Sequence record: ON000910.1
Length of the DNA: 64,000 nucleotides
Direction: 5' to 3' (one strand)
Notes under the pieces: generated by a model
The model's input: the letters and a program-made list of their open reading frames with translations, nothing else
What the model was told of the DNA's origin: nothing
Databases searched by the model: none
Made by a program: the position numbers and the translations under genes
Part shown: positions 53,346-62,271 of the stretch, one piece after another
How the letters are laid out: the number at the start of each line of letters is the position of its first letter
Numbering within the stretch: position 1 is the stretch's first letter

Positions 53346-54061
53346 TAATGACCTGCCTTAGCAAATACTTGTTCCCATGGGATATCAATCGAGTAAGGTG
53401 CTGGGTCTTTAATACCCGCTTTACCGAAGTTCATGATGCGTTCAGCACATGACGGACATTTACCACAGCTTTCACCTGCGTCGTTGGGGTCGTAACACGT
53501 TAGACTATCTTCAAACGGTACTCCGAGCTTAACACCAATAGCGATTTCATCTGCCTTTGACATACGAGCGAACGGAGCAAGTAATGCAATCTCGTGTTGA
53601 CGATTCAGTGCAGATATATTGTTCATGCCATCAAGGAAGTCTTGTGTGCAGTCCCAGTAACCGTATGCGTCATGCACTTGAATGCCAGTAAACACCGCTG
53701 CACAGCCATTTGCTTGCGCGAATGAGAACGCGATTGTGTTCAATAGCATATTACGATATGGAACTTCAGTTGGCGGTTGAGGGTCGCCTAGAACGTCTTG
53801 AATAGTTGGCATAGCAACATCTGAACCAGCGATATTTGCACATACAGGTGCTACCACTTCACCTAAGAATGAGATGTCGATTAGACGATGCTCGATACCG
53901 AGCTTTTGACAAGTCAATTTAGCTTTTTCTAGCTCAATTGACTGTTTTTGACCGTAGTAGAACGATAATGCAAACACATTGTCTTTGCCGTATTCATCTA
54001 CTAGTTTGTACGTAAGGATTGTTGAGTCCAAGCCACCGCTTAGAACAGATACTACTTTCAT
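53345..54061 (-). CDS. queC: 7-cyano-7-deazaguanine synthase
   Basis: VLSGGLDS, YYGQKQ, VPYRN, YWDC, TCY...CGKCPSCAER. Confidence 0.96.
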   Translation of the reverse strand: MKVVSVLSGGLDSTILTYKLVDEYGKDNVFALSFYYGQKQSIELEKAKLTCQKLGIEHRLIDISFLGEVVAPVCANIAGSDVAMPTIQDVLGDPQPPTEVPYRNMLLNTIAFSFAQANGCAAVFTGIQVHDAYGYWDCTQDFLDGMNNISALNRQHEIALLAPFARMSKADEIAIGVKLGVPFEDSLTCYDPNDAGESCGKCPSCAERIMNFGKAGIKDPAPYSIDIPWEQVFAKAGH

Positions 54062-54116
54062 TTTTAACCTCTCAAGTATATGAGTGCTCACAATTGAACA
54101 CTCATCATAGCTCTTA

Positions 54117-55025
54117 TTACTGACGGAATAAACAACTTCCGTTAGTGTGCGAGACAACTTCACTACCAAGTGCTTCTGGTAGTAGTTCTTCATGCGTTGC
54201 ACGTGCTGGGCAGATATTCCAACCACCGCGACGTGTGTATAACGCTGTTACCATAAGCTCTTGTGGGTCGAACTTATCAAGTAACGCTTTGTAAATCATT
54301 TCAACACATTCTTCATGGAAATGATTCTCTTTACGGAATGACACAATGTATTGCATGAGACTGTCAATAGTTGGTGTTTTATCACCTTTCATGTATACAT
54401 ACAGATCACCGAAATCTGGTTGATGCGTCACGCGACAGTTAGAACGTAGATTCGGTGTGAACACTTTCATGCGCTTCACGTGAGATTCTTGCAGTAAATC
54501 AGCATCTGCACCGCTTTCTGAGTCGAATACAGTGTCTTCAGATACAAATTTGTCAAGTTCTACGTAACCTGTCATACCGTGCGGCTGCGTTGATCTGATT
54601 GTGAAGAAGCTCACTTGTACTTCAGCACCGATGACTTCAGATAGATCACGCGACGCGATAGCTTCAATTGCACCTTGTACTTCAGCACGAGTCGCAGCGA
54701 CTTTAGCCATGTTGAAGCTGTTCCAATACAGTTTCATTGATTTACTTTCAACGATATTCGGTGAATCGCTTGGGTACACGACTTTCGCCATACCAGATAC
54801 AGGCAGACCTTGTTCAGTCAGTGCCGATACTTCGAAGCCATGCCATGTATCAAACCCTGCAAAGTCTTCGTTTGTGATACCGTAATCAGTTCGATTTAGC
54901 TCACGCGGGATTGGTACAAGTAAATCTGGTCGAACGTCTACGATATTAACGAAATCGCTGTAATCGCCAGCTTTTTTACCTAAATGCTCAGCCGCAATAG
55001 CTGATACTTCATCATAATTGCTCAT
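54117..55025 (-). CDS. queF: preQ0 reductase (long, bimodular QueF)
   Basis: IVESKSMKLY, SNCRVTHQPDFG, FHEECVE, YTRRGG. Confidence 0.95.
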   Translation of the reverse strand: MSNYDEVSAIAAEHLGKKAGDYSDFVNIVDVRPDLLVPIPRELNRTDYGITNEDFAGFDTWHGFEVSALTEQGLPVSGMAKVVYPSDSPNIVESKSMKLYWNSFNMAKVAATRAEVQGAIEAIASRDLSEVIGAEVQVSFFTIRSTQPHGMTGYVELDKFVSEDTVFDSESGADADLLQESHVKRMKVFTPNLRSNCRVTHQPDFGDLYVYMKGDKTPTIDSLMQYIVSFRKENHFHEECVEMIYKALLDKFDPQELMVTALYTRRGGWNICPARATHEELLPEALGSEVVSHTNGSCLFRQ

Positions 55026-55040
55026 GTATACCTCATAAAG

Positions 55041-55056
55041 AGCGCCCGTAGGCGCT
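55041..55056 (-). terminator. hairpin between dpdA and queF
   Basis: AGCGCC-TACG-GGCGCT, same core as 38117-38136; weak U tract. Confidence 0.5.
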
Positions 55057-56431
55057 ATTCTTGTTCTTTGAAAGCTGGGAATTCAGCAGTTGTACCGCGA
55101 CGAATACGCATAGATGGTAGCTTGTCAATATGACTTGCGTGCCATCGCTGATATGCAGCAACGTCTTTCACATCAAGTAGTTTGTCTAAAACGTCTAGAC
55201 GACGAATCGCAGACCATTTCTTAAACCCTTCTTGCGGTTCTTTTTCTTCTACAACCCCGCCGAAGAATGATGATAAGTCAACTGCTTTCGGTGTATTCAA
55301 GTCAAGAGTTTCGGAGATGATTGCTTGGAAATTATTGACTTGTGATAAGATTATACACATATTACAAGCAACTTCAAACACAATATCTTCGTCTGTCATC
55401 GTTTCTTTGTCGAGTTCTTTCAACCACAATCGTGTTGCGAACTCCTTGAACTCTTCTTTACCCCGCGGTAATACATGACCGAAACGACCCCACACTTCAT
55501 CTAGCATTTCATCTAGTTCACGCGACGGTAATTTCTTACCATCTTTAAAGATACCGTGACCTGAGATCTTACGACGACGACCGAGCTTATCTGTGTATTC
55601 ACGATTGGTTAAACAACCAGTGTGAGTTGATGAGTCGTAGCTAATGTGAAAATCGTCACCGAAATAACCGCTTCTGATAAGAGCTACAGCAGGCAACAAT
55701 CGCTTAACAGAACCGACACCTAGCATATGCACAGATTTTTTTGCTTTATCTGGGATATTGAGCTTCGGAATGACACTCATCATGTCAATAGACTCACGTA
55801 CGCCGTTACCAATACATGTATCGGCAGCAGCACACCCAGCAATGTGATGCTCAACGCCTTCAAGTTGTGACATTATACCATCACTGAATGCCTTAAAGTC
55901 ATCGTCTGAGTTGCCTTGTAAGATTATGTACGGTTTACAATCGCTTTCTTTCTCAAGATATGTTTCAATCTGAGCGCGAATGTTCTTACCTGTTTTAACA
56001 CCGTATTTGTACGCTAGATCATACATGAAGACCTTGTCTTTCGTGTTGATACGAGCAGAACCACCACCTTGTGCTTCATTGTGCAACGGGATTTCATCGA
56101 AACACATGCCAATATCACCAGACTCTGCTTGATTCTCGTAAACTGCTTTACGAAGTTCTGGTGTATTCTCTAGACCTAAGTTAACAATCTGAAGACCGCC
56201 AGAATCGACATGAATCTTGTATACAGAATCACCGAACAATTCTTTAATTTGCTTACCGACTTTCTTTTCAGTGTATGCGTTATACAACATACTGATTTTA
56301 TGAACACCGTCGAGATCTTGTGCTGTGTCTAGTATTTTACGCAAATAGGACGTGTCAACCACGTCCATTAGTTTATGTGCTGCACCAAGACGAGCATGAC
56401 CCGTCGCAGACATAACGTATTCAATTATCAA
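55055..56431 (-). CDS. dpdA: TGT-like DNA 7-deazaguanine transglycosylase (DpdA2 type)
   Basis: HVDSGGLQI, FDEIP, IILQG, HMLGVGS, SYDSSTH; located inside the que cluster; TTG start after GAGGT. Confidence 0.8.
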   Translation of the reverse strand: MIIEYVMSATGHARLGAAHKLMDVVDTSYLRKILDTAQDLDGVHKISMLYNAYTEKKVGKQIKELFGDSVYKIHVDSGGLQIVNLGLENTPELRKAVYENQAESGDIGMCFDEIPLHNEAQGGGSARINTKDKVFMYDLAYKYGVKTGKNIRAQIETYLEKESDCKPYIILQGNSDDDFKAFSDGIMSQLEGVEHHIAGCAAADTCIGNGVRESIDMMSVIPKLNIPDKAKKSVHMLGVGSVKRLLPAVALIRSGYFGDDFHISYDSSTHTGCLTNREYTDKLGRRRKISGHGIFKDGKKLPSRELDEMLDEVWGRFGHVLPRGKEEFKEFATRLWLKELDKETMTDEDIVFEVACNMCIILSQVNNFQAIISETLDLNTPKAVDLSSFFGGVVEEKEPQEGFKKWSAIRRLDVLDKLLDVKDVAAYQRWHASHIDKLPSMRIRRGTTAEFPAFKEQE

Positions 56432-56452
56432 TGTGAACCTCGTCTTAAAAAT

Positions 56453-56460
56453 TATAAATA
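56453..56460 (+). promoter_or_regulatory. T4-type late promoter for the HNH gene
   Basis: TATAAATA 33 nt before ATG 56494. Confidence 0.75.
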
Positions 56461-56493
56461 TTAACACAGTAATGCTTATTTAAAGAGAGTACA

Positions 56494-57195
56494 ATGTTAA
56501 CACACGACAATCTTATACTAAACAAATACACGAAATGGTACATTTCTCTAATCGAGAATCGAATTCAAAACACACCCGACGGCTATAGTGAAAAACATCA
56601 CATTTTACCTAAATGTGCGGGTGGTAGTGATGAATCACATAACCTAGTGCGATTGACAGCACGTGAGCATTATATAGCTCATTTGCTATTGGCTAAAATG
56701 TTCAATGGAAATTTGAAACATCGCCTGAAGTTTGCACTAACAGCATTCAATATGTCGAACAGCTCACAGCAACGCGAGTTCAATATGAACTCTAGGTTAT
56801 TTGAGTCGATGACAAAAGATGCTAGAAAAGATGCTGCAAAGCATCATATAGGTAAGTTTGCTGCGATATGCATTGCTACTGGTGAAACTGAATACATTCG
56901 AGTTGACGACGAACGCTATCTTCGTGGTGAATATGTTGCGAAGAGCAAAGGTGTTCTGAAGGGAACGACAAAAACTGAAGAACATAAGCGAAAACTCGCT
57001 AAGTCTAAAGTCGGGAGTCAAAACCCGCAATCGAAGTATCTATTTCACACACCAAACGGGGTGTTTGAATCGTCTCGTTTAGCAGCCGAATCTAATAATA
57101 CCACTAATGTTACTGTGTATAACCGATGTGTGAAATACACATCGGCTAAGTTCAAAGATTGGTACGTTACGCCTGTGAACGAGCAAGAGACATAA
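56494..57195 (+). mobile_element. free-standing HNH homing endonuclease (Mob-like) with NUMOD3-type motif
   Basis: EKHHILPKCAGGSD...NLVRLTAREHYIAHLLL; KTEEHKRKLA; antisense to the cluster, overlaps folE 3' end by 29 bp. Confidence 0.88.
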
Positions 57196-57841
57196 ATTCT
57201 GCTCGTGCTTCAGGCTCATTTCTAAACGCACCTGATAGATGACTTGTAACAGTACTTGAGTTGTTGTCTTCAACACCACGCGCTTTGACACAATAATGTT
57301 TGCAGTCTAACATCACCGCCACGTCTTCAGTTTCAAGAATGAACTTCAGTGCTTCAGCGATTTGAACAGTCAAACGCTCTTGAATCTGTGGGCGTCGAGC
57401 AAAGTACTCGACGATGCGATTCATCTTAGAAAGACCAAGTACTTTCTTATTTGGGATATATGCAACTGTTGCAAAGCCGTCGATTGTTACGATGTGATGC
57501 TCACATTGTGAAAGAACAGTAATGCCTTTTTCACAAACCATCTGATCGTAGTTCATTTTGTTGTCTACAGCAGTACATTTAGGGAACATATCTGGTGATA
57601 GACCGCTCATGAGTTCATTGACCATCATCTTAGCCCAACGCTTCGGTGTATCAACAAGTGAATCGTCAGTAAGGTCAAGACCTAGAGCTTGCATGATGTC
57701 AGTGAATCGATCTTCAAGAATTACTTTCTTTTCATCATCAGTTAGACCGTTTTCAACAGTCGGCGTGTGCATTCCGATTTCACGAAGATGCGCTTCAACT
57801 TTTTGTCCAAGAATTGGATCTACTTTATTTTTGTCTAACAT
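57167..57841 (-). CDS. folE: GTP cyclohydrolase I
   Basis: DTPKRWAKM, SQCEHH, GLSKMNRIV, RRPQIQERL, HYCVKARGV. Confidence 0.97.
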   Translation of the reverse strand: MLDKNKVDPILGQKVEAHLREIGMHTPTVENGLTDDEKKVILEDRFTDIMQALGLDLTDDSLVDTPKRWAKMMVNELMSGLSPDMFPKCTAVDNKMNYDQMVCEKGITVLSQCEHHIVTIDGFATVAYIPNKKVLGLSKMNRIVEYFARRPQIQERLTVQIAEALKFILETEDVAVMLDCKHYCVKARGVEDNNSSTVTSHLSGAFRNEPEARAEFMSLARSQA

Positions 57842-57870
57842 TCTATTTCCTCTTAGTCAGAAAACAATAA

Positions 57871-57890
57871 TAGCACGCCGAAGCGTGCTA
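57871..57890 (-). terminator. hairpin between queD and folE
   Basis: TAGCACGC-TTCG-GCGTGCTA then TTATTGTTTT. Confidence 0.65.
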
Positions 57891-57908
57891 CTAAACATTA
57901 ATTGTTGA

Positions 57909-58841
57909 TTACTTATAGAGTAATTCTTTGTTGATTTTGATGTCAACGACTGCGCCTTTCGAAAGACCTTCAGATACCCATACACGCTGTACACCCATAC
58001 GCTGAAACTCGTCTTCGTATGTTTTTGCAATGTAGTTCGCGAGATTTTCAACTGTAGTTTCAGTGTTGATTACGATTGTTTCTTCTGAATCGATGTTCAA
58101 ATAGAAATTACCACGCTGTGAACAATACGCTACCGCACCTTCCGCAGTTAGATTGTCGTTCCATACGATGTAGCCGCTCATTTCTTCAGCAATGCGCTTC
58201 AGTACTTTGCGACCACGACTGTTTAACATGGCATCAACTGCAATGAACGAACGATGTCCATGCGCAATGTTCTGACACCCGTAAGAAGAGCTAGAACGCA
58301 AGCCATGAGCGTAATGAAATGAAACGTGCGTGTTTGCCCATGATGGCAAGTCAAAGCTCTCTGAAAGCTCTACAGTGACGTGTGTGACCGGATAGCCTTG
58401 TAGTTTAAGCTGCTTCAGCAACATATTTTCAAGATACTCGGTTAGATAGTTCATGTACAGCGTATCCGACGGGATGTGAAGATCAGTATCGAATAGCGAT
58501 ACATCGACGATCTCTTGATACCAGTCATTGACAGACGAAACAGCAGTGAATAACGGAGAGTCGATTTGTGTACGGTCACGATTTTCAATATCGCTTAACA
58601 CATATTCACTGTATCCGTTGACAAGAACTAGACGGTGATCAATTGCGTGTTCAGATTCGTCTACTAACTGCTTGATCGCTTTCTTGCAACCGCTGAAGTC
58701 AATTACGACTTGCTCAGTTTCATCTACTTCGCCGGTGATTTCAACACATAGATTGTAACTCATACCGTTAATTTTACCGTTTTCATCAACGTATGCGTGA
58801 TCGATGCATGTGATGTTGTTTAAAAACATTGTACTTTTCAT
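57909..58841 (-). CDS. queD: 6-carboxytetrahydropterin synthase-like (double-length QueD)
   Basis: IDHAY...SYNLCVEITG...VIDF...IDH; second module YAHGL...CQNIAHGHRS...TTVENLA. Confidence 0.85.
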   Translation of the reverse strand: MKSTMFLNNITCIDHAYVDENGKINGMSYNLCVEITGEVDETEQVVIDFSGCKKAIKQLVDESEHAIDHRLVLVNGYSEYVLSDIENRDRTQIDSPLFTAVSSVNDWYQEIVDVSLFDTDLHIPSDTLYMNYLTEYLENMLLKQLKLQGYPVTHVTVELSESFDLPSWANTHVSFHYAHGLRSSSSYGCQNIAHGHRSFIAVDAMLNSRGRKVLKRIAEEMSGYIVWNDNLTAEGAVAYCSQRGNFYLNIDSEETIVINTETTVENLANYIAKTYEDEFQRMGVQRVWVSEGLSKGAVVDIKINKELLYK

Positions 58842-58895
58842 ATGTTTCTCTCTTGTTAAAGCTCTATTATAAGTCCGAATTACTTATATTAAACA

Positions 58896-59348
58896 TTATT
58901 CGTCTTCGAACATAATAACTTTCACACCACGAGCATCTAGCCAATGCCACCAATCGGGTTGTGAACCGCTGTAAATCGAACCTACAATGAGAATTTTGAT
59001 ACCAGCCGCGACTATCAGCTTGGCACAGTTATGACACGGCGACGTTGTAACATACATAGTCGCGCCTTCAGTAGATATGCCAGCGCGTGCAGCGTAGCAA
59101 ATCGCGTTTTGTTCCGCATGTATCTCGTGAATTTCTGACCATTCGCGATGTGATAAATCGCCATAGTCTTCGATTTTGTTACAGTGTGTCACACCCGCAG
59201 GAACACCATTGTAACCGTGTGAGATAATACGATCATTCTTGACGATGACAGCACCTACTTGCTTCTGCTTGCAGGTGCTTTTCTTAGCAAATGACTTGGC
59301 GATGTCAAGATACACCAAGTCATAATAGCTTTTATTCTTCGGGTACAT
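58896..59348 (-). CDS. cd: dCMP deaminase
   Basis: HAEQNAI, SPCHNC, GYNG motifs. Confidence 0.95.
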   Translation of the reverse strand: MYPKNKSYYDLVYLDIAKSFAKKSTCKQKQVGAVIVKNDRIISHGYNGVPAGVTHCNKIEDYGDLSHREWSEIHEIHAEQNAICYAARAGISTEGATMYVTTSPCHNCAKLIVAAGIKILIVGSIYSGSQPDWWHWLDARGVKVIMFEDE

Positions 59349-59665
59349 TACGATAACAGAGCAGATTTAACTAGTTCATCAAACTGCGCATCAGCTTTTT
59401 TTACGTAAACTGGTGCGTTGATTGTGTTGAAGTCAGCAAGAGCAACAGCAGATAGGTTACGAATGTGATATACTGCGTTGCGCGTCTCTGCGTATACTTT
59501 GTTGTCGATTACTTTGAATGATTCAATCGGCGCAGTTAATGCGTGCTCGCCTTGCTCATGACCAACCATTGAATTGAAGAAACGACCTTTGATGCGATTC
59601 GTCTCAACGAATTCTTTAGAAGTAAGTTCGATTGCAGCAGTGAAGTTAACGTTGAATGTAGTCAT
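59348..59665 (-). CDS. hypothetical protein (paralog of 59727-60026)
   Basis: GH...T..I.......VYA.T....Y. Confidence 0.7.
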   Translation of the reverse strand: MTTFNVNFTAAIELTSKEFVETNRIKGRFFNSMVGHEQGEHALTAPIESFKVIDNKVYAETRNAVYHIRNLSAVALADFNTINAPVYVKKADAQFDELVKSALLS

Positions 59666-59726
59666 AATATATTTCTCTCAAAAAGTAATCAAAAATAGTG
59701 AATTCGTTTGTATTAAAGAAGAATTT

Positions 59727-60026
59727 CTAGTTGTTGTAAAGCGGAATGTTAATACCGCGTTCAGCAGCGTCTTTAATCATTTGCGTAATCTCGTCAAAAG
59801 ACACGTTGGTTAGTTGATAACGACTCTTAGAGTGCGTCACAGCATACACAATACCGCCATTGATTTCAACATACATGACATTAGAAGTCATGATTTCGCC
59901 TGCGTCATTGAATCGCTCGATTGAGTGACCGCTTGCTTGACCAACTAGAATGTGAGTTTTATTCGGGTTGAACCCTGTGTTCACAAACTGCTTCATTGAT
60001 AGTTCTAACTTACCAGTAATATCCAT
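59727..60026 (-). CDS. hypothetical protein
   Basis: GH...MTSNV......VYAVT..SRY. Confidence 0.7.
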   Translation of the reverse strand: MDITGKLELSMKQFVNTGFNPNKTHILVGQASGHSIERFNDAGEIMTSNVMYVEINGGIVYAVTHSKSRYQLTNVSFDEITQMIKDAAERGINIPLYNN

Positions 60027-60038
60027 GTTTGTTACCTC

Positions 60039-60233
60039 TTAAAATTCGATGTTTGATGCTTGAACTGTCTGAACAGCACCGATTTTAGCAGGTTTGCCGA
60101 AACAGTCAACACCGCCTGTGATTCTAACAGTGTAGTTGTCTTTGTTACCAAGACGGTTTACTGAGTTTTCGTCGTGTGAAACGATTTCAACTTCAGTGTA
60201 TTTGCCAAAACCTTGATTGATGCGTGCTTTCAT
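60039..60233 (-). CDS. small early protein
   Basis: GAGAACATTATG leader. Confidence 0.7.
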   Translation of the reverse strand: MKARINQGFGKYTEVEIVSHDENSVNRLGNKDNYTVRITGGVDCFGKPAKIGAVQTVQASNIEF

Positions 60234-60316
60234 AATGTTCTCTCTTTGTTAGTAGTCGATGTCGTTTCGATGTAGCTATAATAGGCGTTTCGTGAAATTC
60301 ATGCAACCGTTTTTTT
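60231..60316 (-). promoter_or_regulatory. early promoter with conserved leader
   Basis: AAAAAAACGG-TTGCAT-17 nt-TATTAT-AGCT-ACATCGAAACGA. Confidence 0.85.
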
Positions 60317-60327
60317 GCTCTAAAACG

Positions 60328-60352
60328 AAAAAAGGTAGCCGAAGCTACCTTT
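60328..60352 (-). terminator. rho-independent terminator
   Basis: AAAGGTAGC-TTCG-GCTACCTTTTTT. Confidence 0.85.
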
Positions 60353-60358
60353 CTGTAT

Positions 60359-61234
60359 TTAAGCACCAATTCGTTCTAACGTTGCTTGACTCAATTTCGA
60401 ATCACTTTGGGCTTCAAGAGAACTAACATCACTCCAAACGGTGATCTCATTTCCATTGATTACCCAGATCTTACCAGAAATCATTGCTATACGTTGCTCA
60501 TCATCGTAGAAAAGCTCGTCTTCAGGTTCATAATACCACTCTAACGGGTAAAATGATTTATACCAAGCAACATCATCATTGATGCTACCTGCCGAAAGTT
60601 CAACAATACCAGCTTCGATGTTTAACGAGTGACCGCCACGAAGATACCAAATACCATCACCACCCGTTACTTTAACAATAGCAGCGTCGTTGATTGTAGG
60701 TAAATCGAGCAATTCAGTTCCCATTTCTGTATCATAACCAGTCGGGTTATCAGTGTAAACAGGCTTTGGGTCTTCAATAGGAACGATTCGTTCCATCACG
60801 AATGACGCACCTTCAGATTCATTTGATACTCTCAATTTGAAACCTAAATCTTTGGCAAATCGTTCAGCCATTCTTTTGTATAATCGAGTACGCTTACGGG
60901 AATCAGAACGATTTGTGTCATTAAATGCTGCGAATGTGATTCGATTTACGATGTTGTTTTGCATCACGTGCTTAATTTCAGAAATAACCGTGGCGAAAAC
61001 AGTCATCGCGTCTTTAGAATCACCCTTTGCTAGGCTGTAATTGTAAGACATTGCACCCGCTGGCTTATGCATAAAATCCACGCCTAGAGCTTTGCGATCT
61101 TCTTCATAATACAGACCAATCATATACTCAGCGCCGTCTATTTCGAAGTAACTCTGATTACCACGTCGTGCTGTTATGGGTGCAGCGCGGTTAAACGCTT
61201 CTGTTAGCTCGTTTTGATATTCGCTAAATTTCAT
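60359..61234 (-). CDS. candidate internal head protein (291 aa)
   Basis: MKFSEYQNELTEA N-terminus resembles T4 capsid-targeting / gp21 cleavage leaders. Confidence 0.7.
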   Translation of the reverse strand: MKFSEYQNELTEAFNRAAPITARRGNQSYFEIDGAEYMIGLYYEEDRKALGVDFMHKPAGAMSYNYSLAKGDSKDAMTVFATVISEIKHVMQNNIVNRITFAAFNDTNRSDSRKRTRLYKRMAERFAKDLGFKLRVSNESEGASFVMERIVPIEDPKPVYTDNPTGYDTEMGTELLDLPTINDAAIVKVTGGDGIWYLRGGHSLNIEAGIVELSAGSINDDVAWYKSFYPLEWYYEPEDELFYDDEQRIAMISGKIWVINGNEITVWSDVSSLEAQSDSKLSQATLERIGA

Positions 61235-61282
61235 TTTAAGATTCCATTATTTCTGGGTTTAACCACGGCGCATCGAATGCAT

Positions 61283-61369
61283 TCACGTATTTGGTAACTC
61301 TCGGACGAGTTTATATTTCGCAGGGCGATCTAACGACTCGTTGAGTCTTTGATATTCGCTAAATTTCAC
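61283..61369 (-). pseudogene. 28-codon remnant with the same N-terminus as the downstream gene
   Basis: GTG-KFSEYQRLNESLDRPAKYKLVRELPNT-stop; 21-bp identity between 61348-61368 and 61213-61233. Confidence 0.65.
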
Positions 61370-61659
61370 TCTAAAAATTCCCCGTCTGGTATCGTGTCTT
61401 TGTCGATATTACCATTCAATGGTAGATCATCATCAAGACCGACATCTATTGATTTTAAATGTATTTCTAAGTCGTCGATTGATTGTTCAGTATAGAGGTA
61501 CTTGCTTCTGTAATCGAAAAATGAGTAGCAATCTTCAGTGTATTCTACTTTCAAAATCGTTTCATGACCTGCATGAACATATACTACGGGGTCGCCGAAC
61601 GCGCTAATATCCGTATAACTCATCTTCGTGTTTTTCAATAATGCAATTGCTTCTCTCAT
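61366..61659 (-). CDS. acidic hypothetical protein
   Basis: 97-aa ORF. Confidence 0.65.
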   Translation of the reverse strand: MREAIALLKNTKMSYTDISAFGDPVVYVHAGHETILKVEYTEDCYSFFDYRSKYLYTEQSIDDLEIHLKSIDVGLDDDLPLNGNIDKDTIPDGEFLE

Positions 61660-61662
61660 AGA

Positions 61663-61947
61663 TTAACCTATAAAATTGTTTAATGGGCTGCTCAATCTAT
61701 CAAGTTCTTCTAGTATTACATCACCATGACACGCTTTAGGCTTACAATGACAACCGAGAATCTTTCCTTTTAGTTGCATAAACTGCTTTTTAAATTCGTC
61801 GTCTTGTAATTGAATGCGTAACCACTCGCGATAAAGCTCAATAACTTCGCTTCGAGTGCCGTCAATCCCTGATTTAAATGGGTTCCCAAACGGGGTGCCG
61901 CGACCAATGTACACATCAAAAGAATGATGAGCAATGTTAACTATCAT
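61663..61947 (-). CDS. DUF4326 family protein
   Basis: YIGRGTPFGNPF...LKGKILGCHCKPKACHGDV. Confidence 0.88.
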   Translation of the reverse strand: MIVNIAHHSFDVYIGRGTPFGNPFKSGIDGTRSEVIELYREWLRIQLQDDEFKKQFMQLKGKILGCHCKPKACHGDVILEELDRLSSPLNNFIG

Positions 61948-62242
61948 TATTTAGCACCACTCTAAACCCAACACCGTGAATGACATTAACACAATCAACA
62001 AGACTACCGACAATCGGCACTGCTTTAACTTCAGCACGCTCGTAACCTGCGTATCGTACAAGCTGAAGAACAACCTTTTCATCACAATCTTTGTACATCG
62101 TGTAAGAACCGACTAAGAAGATGTCATTGTCATCGGCTATATTGTTGATGATCTCTCTTCGAGCGTATCTAGCTGCTTGCGTGCGCATATAACGCTCGAA
62201 ATCACCATTATCGTTTTTCATTCTATTGATTTGTCGTCTCAT
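61937..62242 (-). CDS. hypothetical protein
   Basis: GAGGT RBS before MRRQIN. Confidence 0.65.
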   Translation of the reverse strand: MRRQINRMKNDNGDFERYMRTQAARYARREIINNIADDNDIFLVGSYTMYKDCDEKVVLQLVRYAGYERAEVKAVPIVGSLVDCVNVIHGVGFRVVLNNDS

Positions 62243-62271
62243 AATAACCTCAAAAAGCGCCATAAAGGCGC

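Noticed and set aside
53345-56467. Long N-terminal extensions from the ORF track (queC from 54226, dpdA from 56467; likewise dda 37331, denV 10548)
   Set aside because: They overlap upstream genes or promoters; RBS-supported starts lie at 54061, 56431, 37262 and 10419.
56432-57195. Group I intron carrying the HNH gene
   Set aside because: folE and dpdA both look complete on either side, and no intron core elements were recognised.
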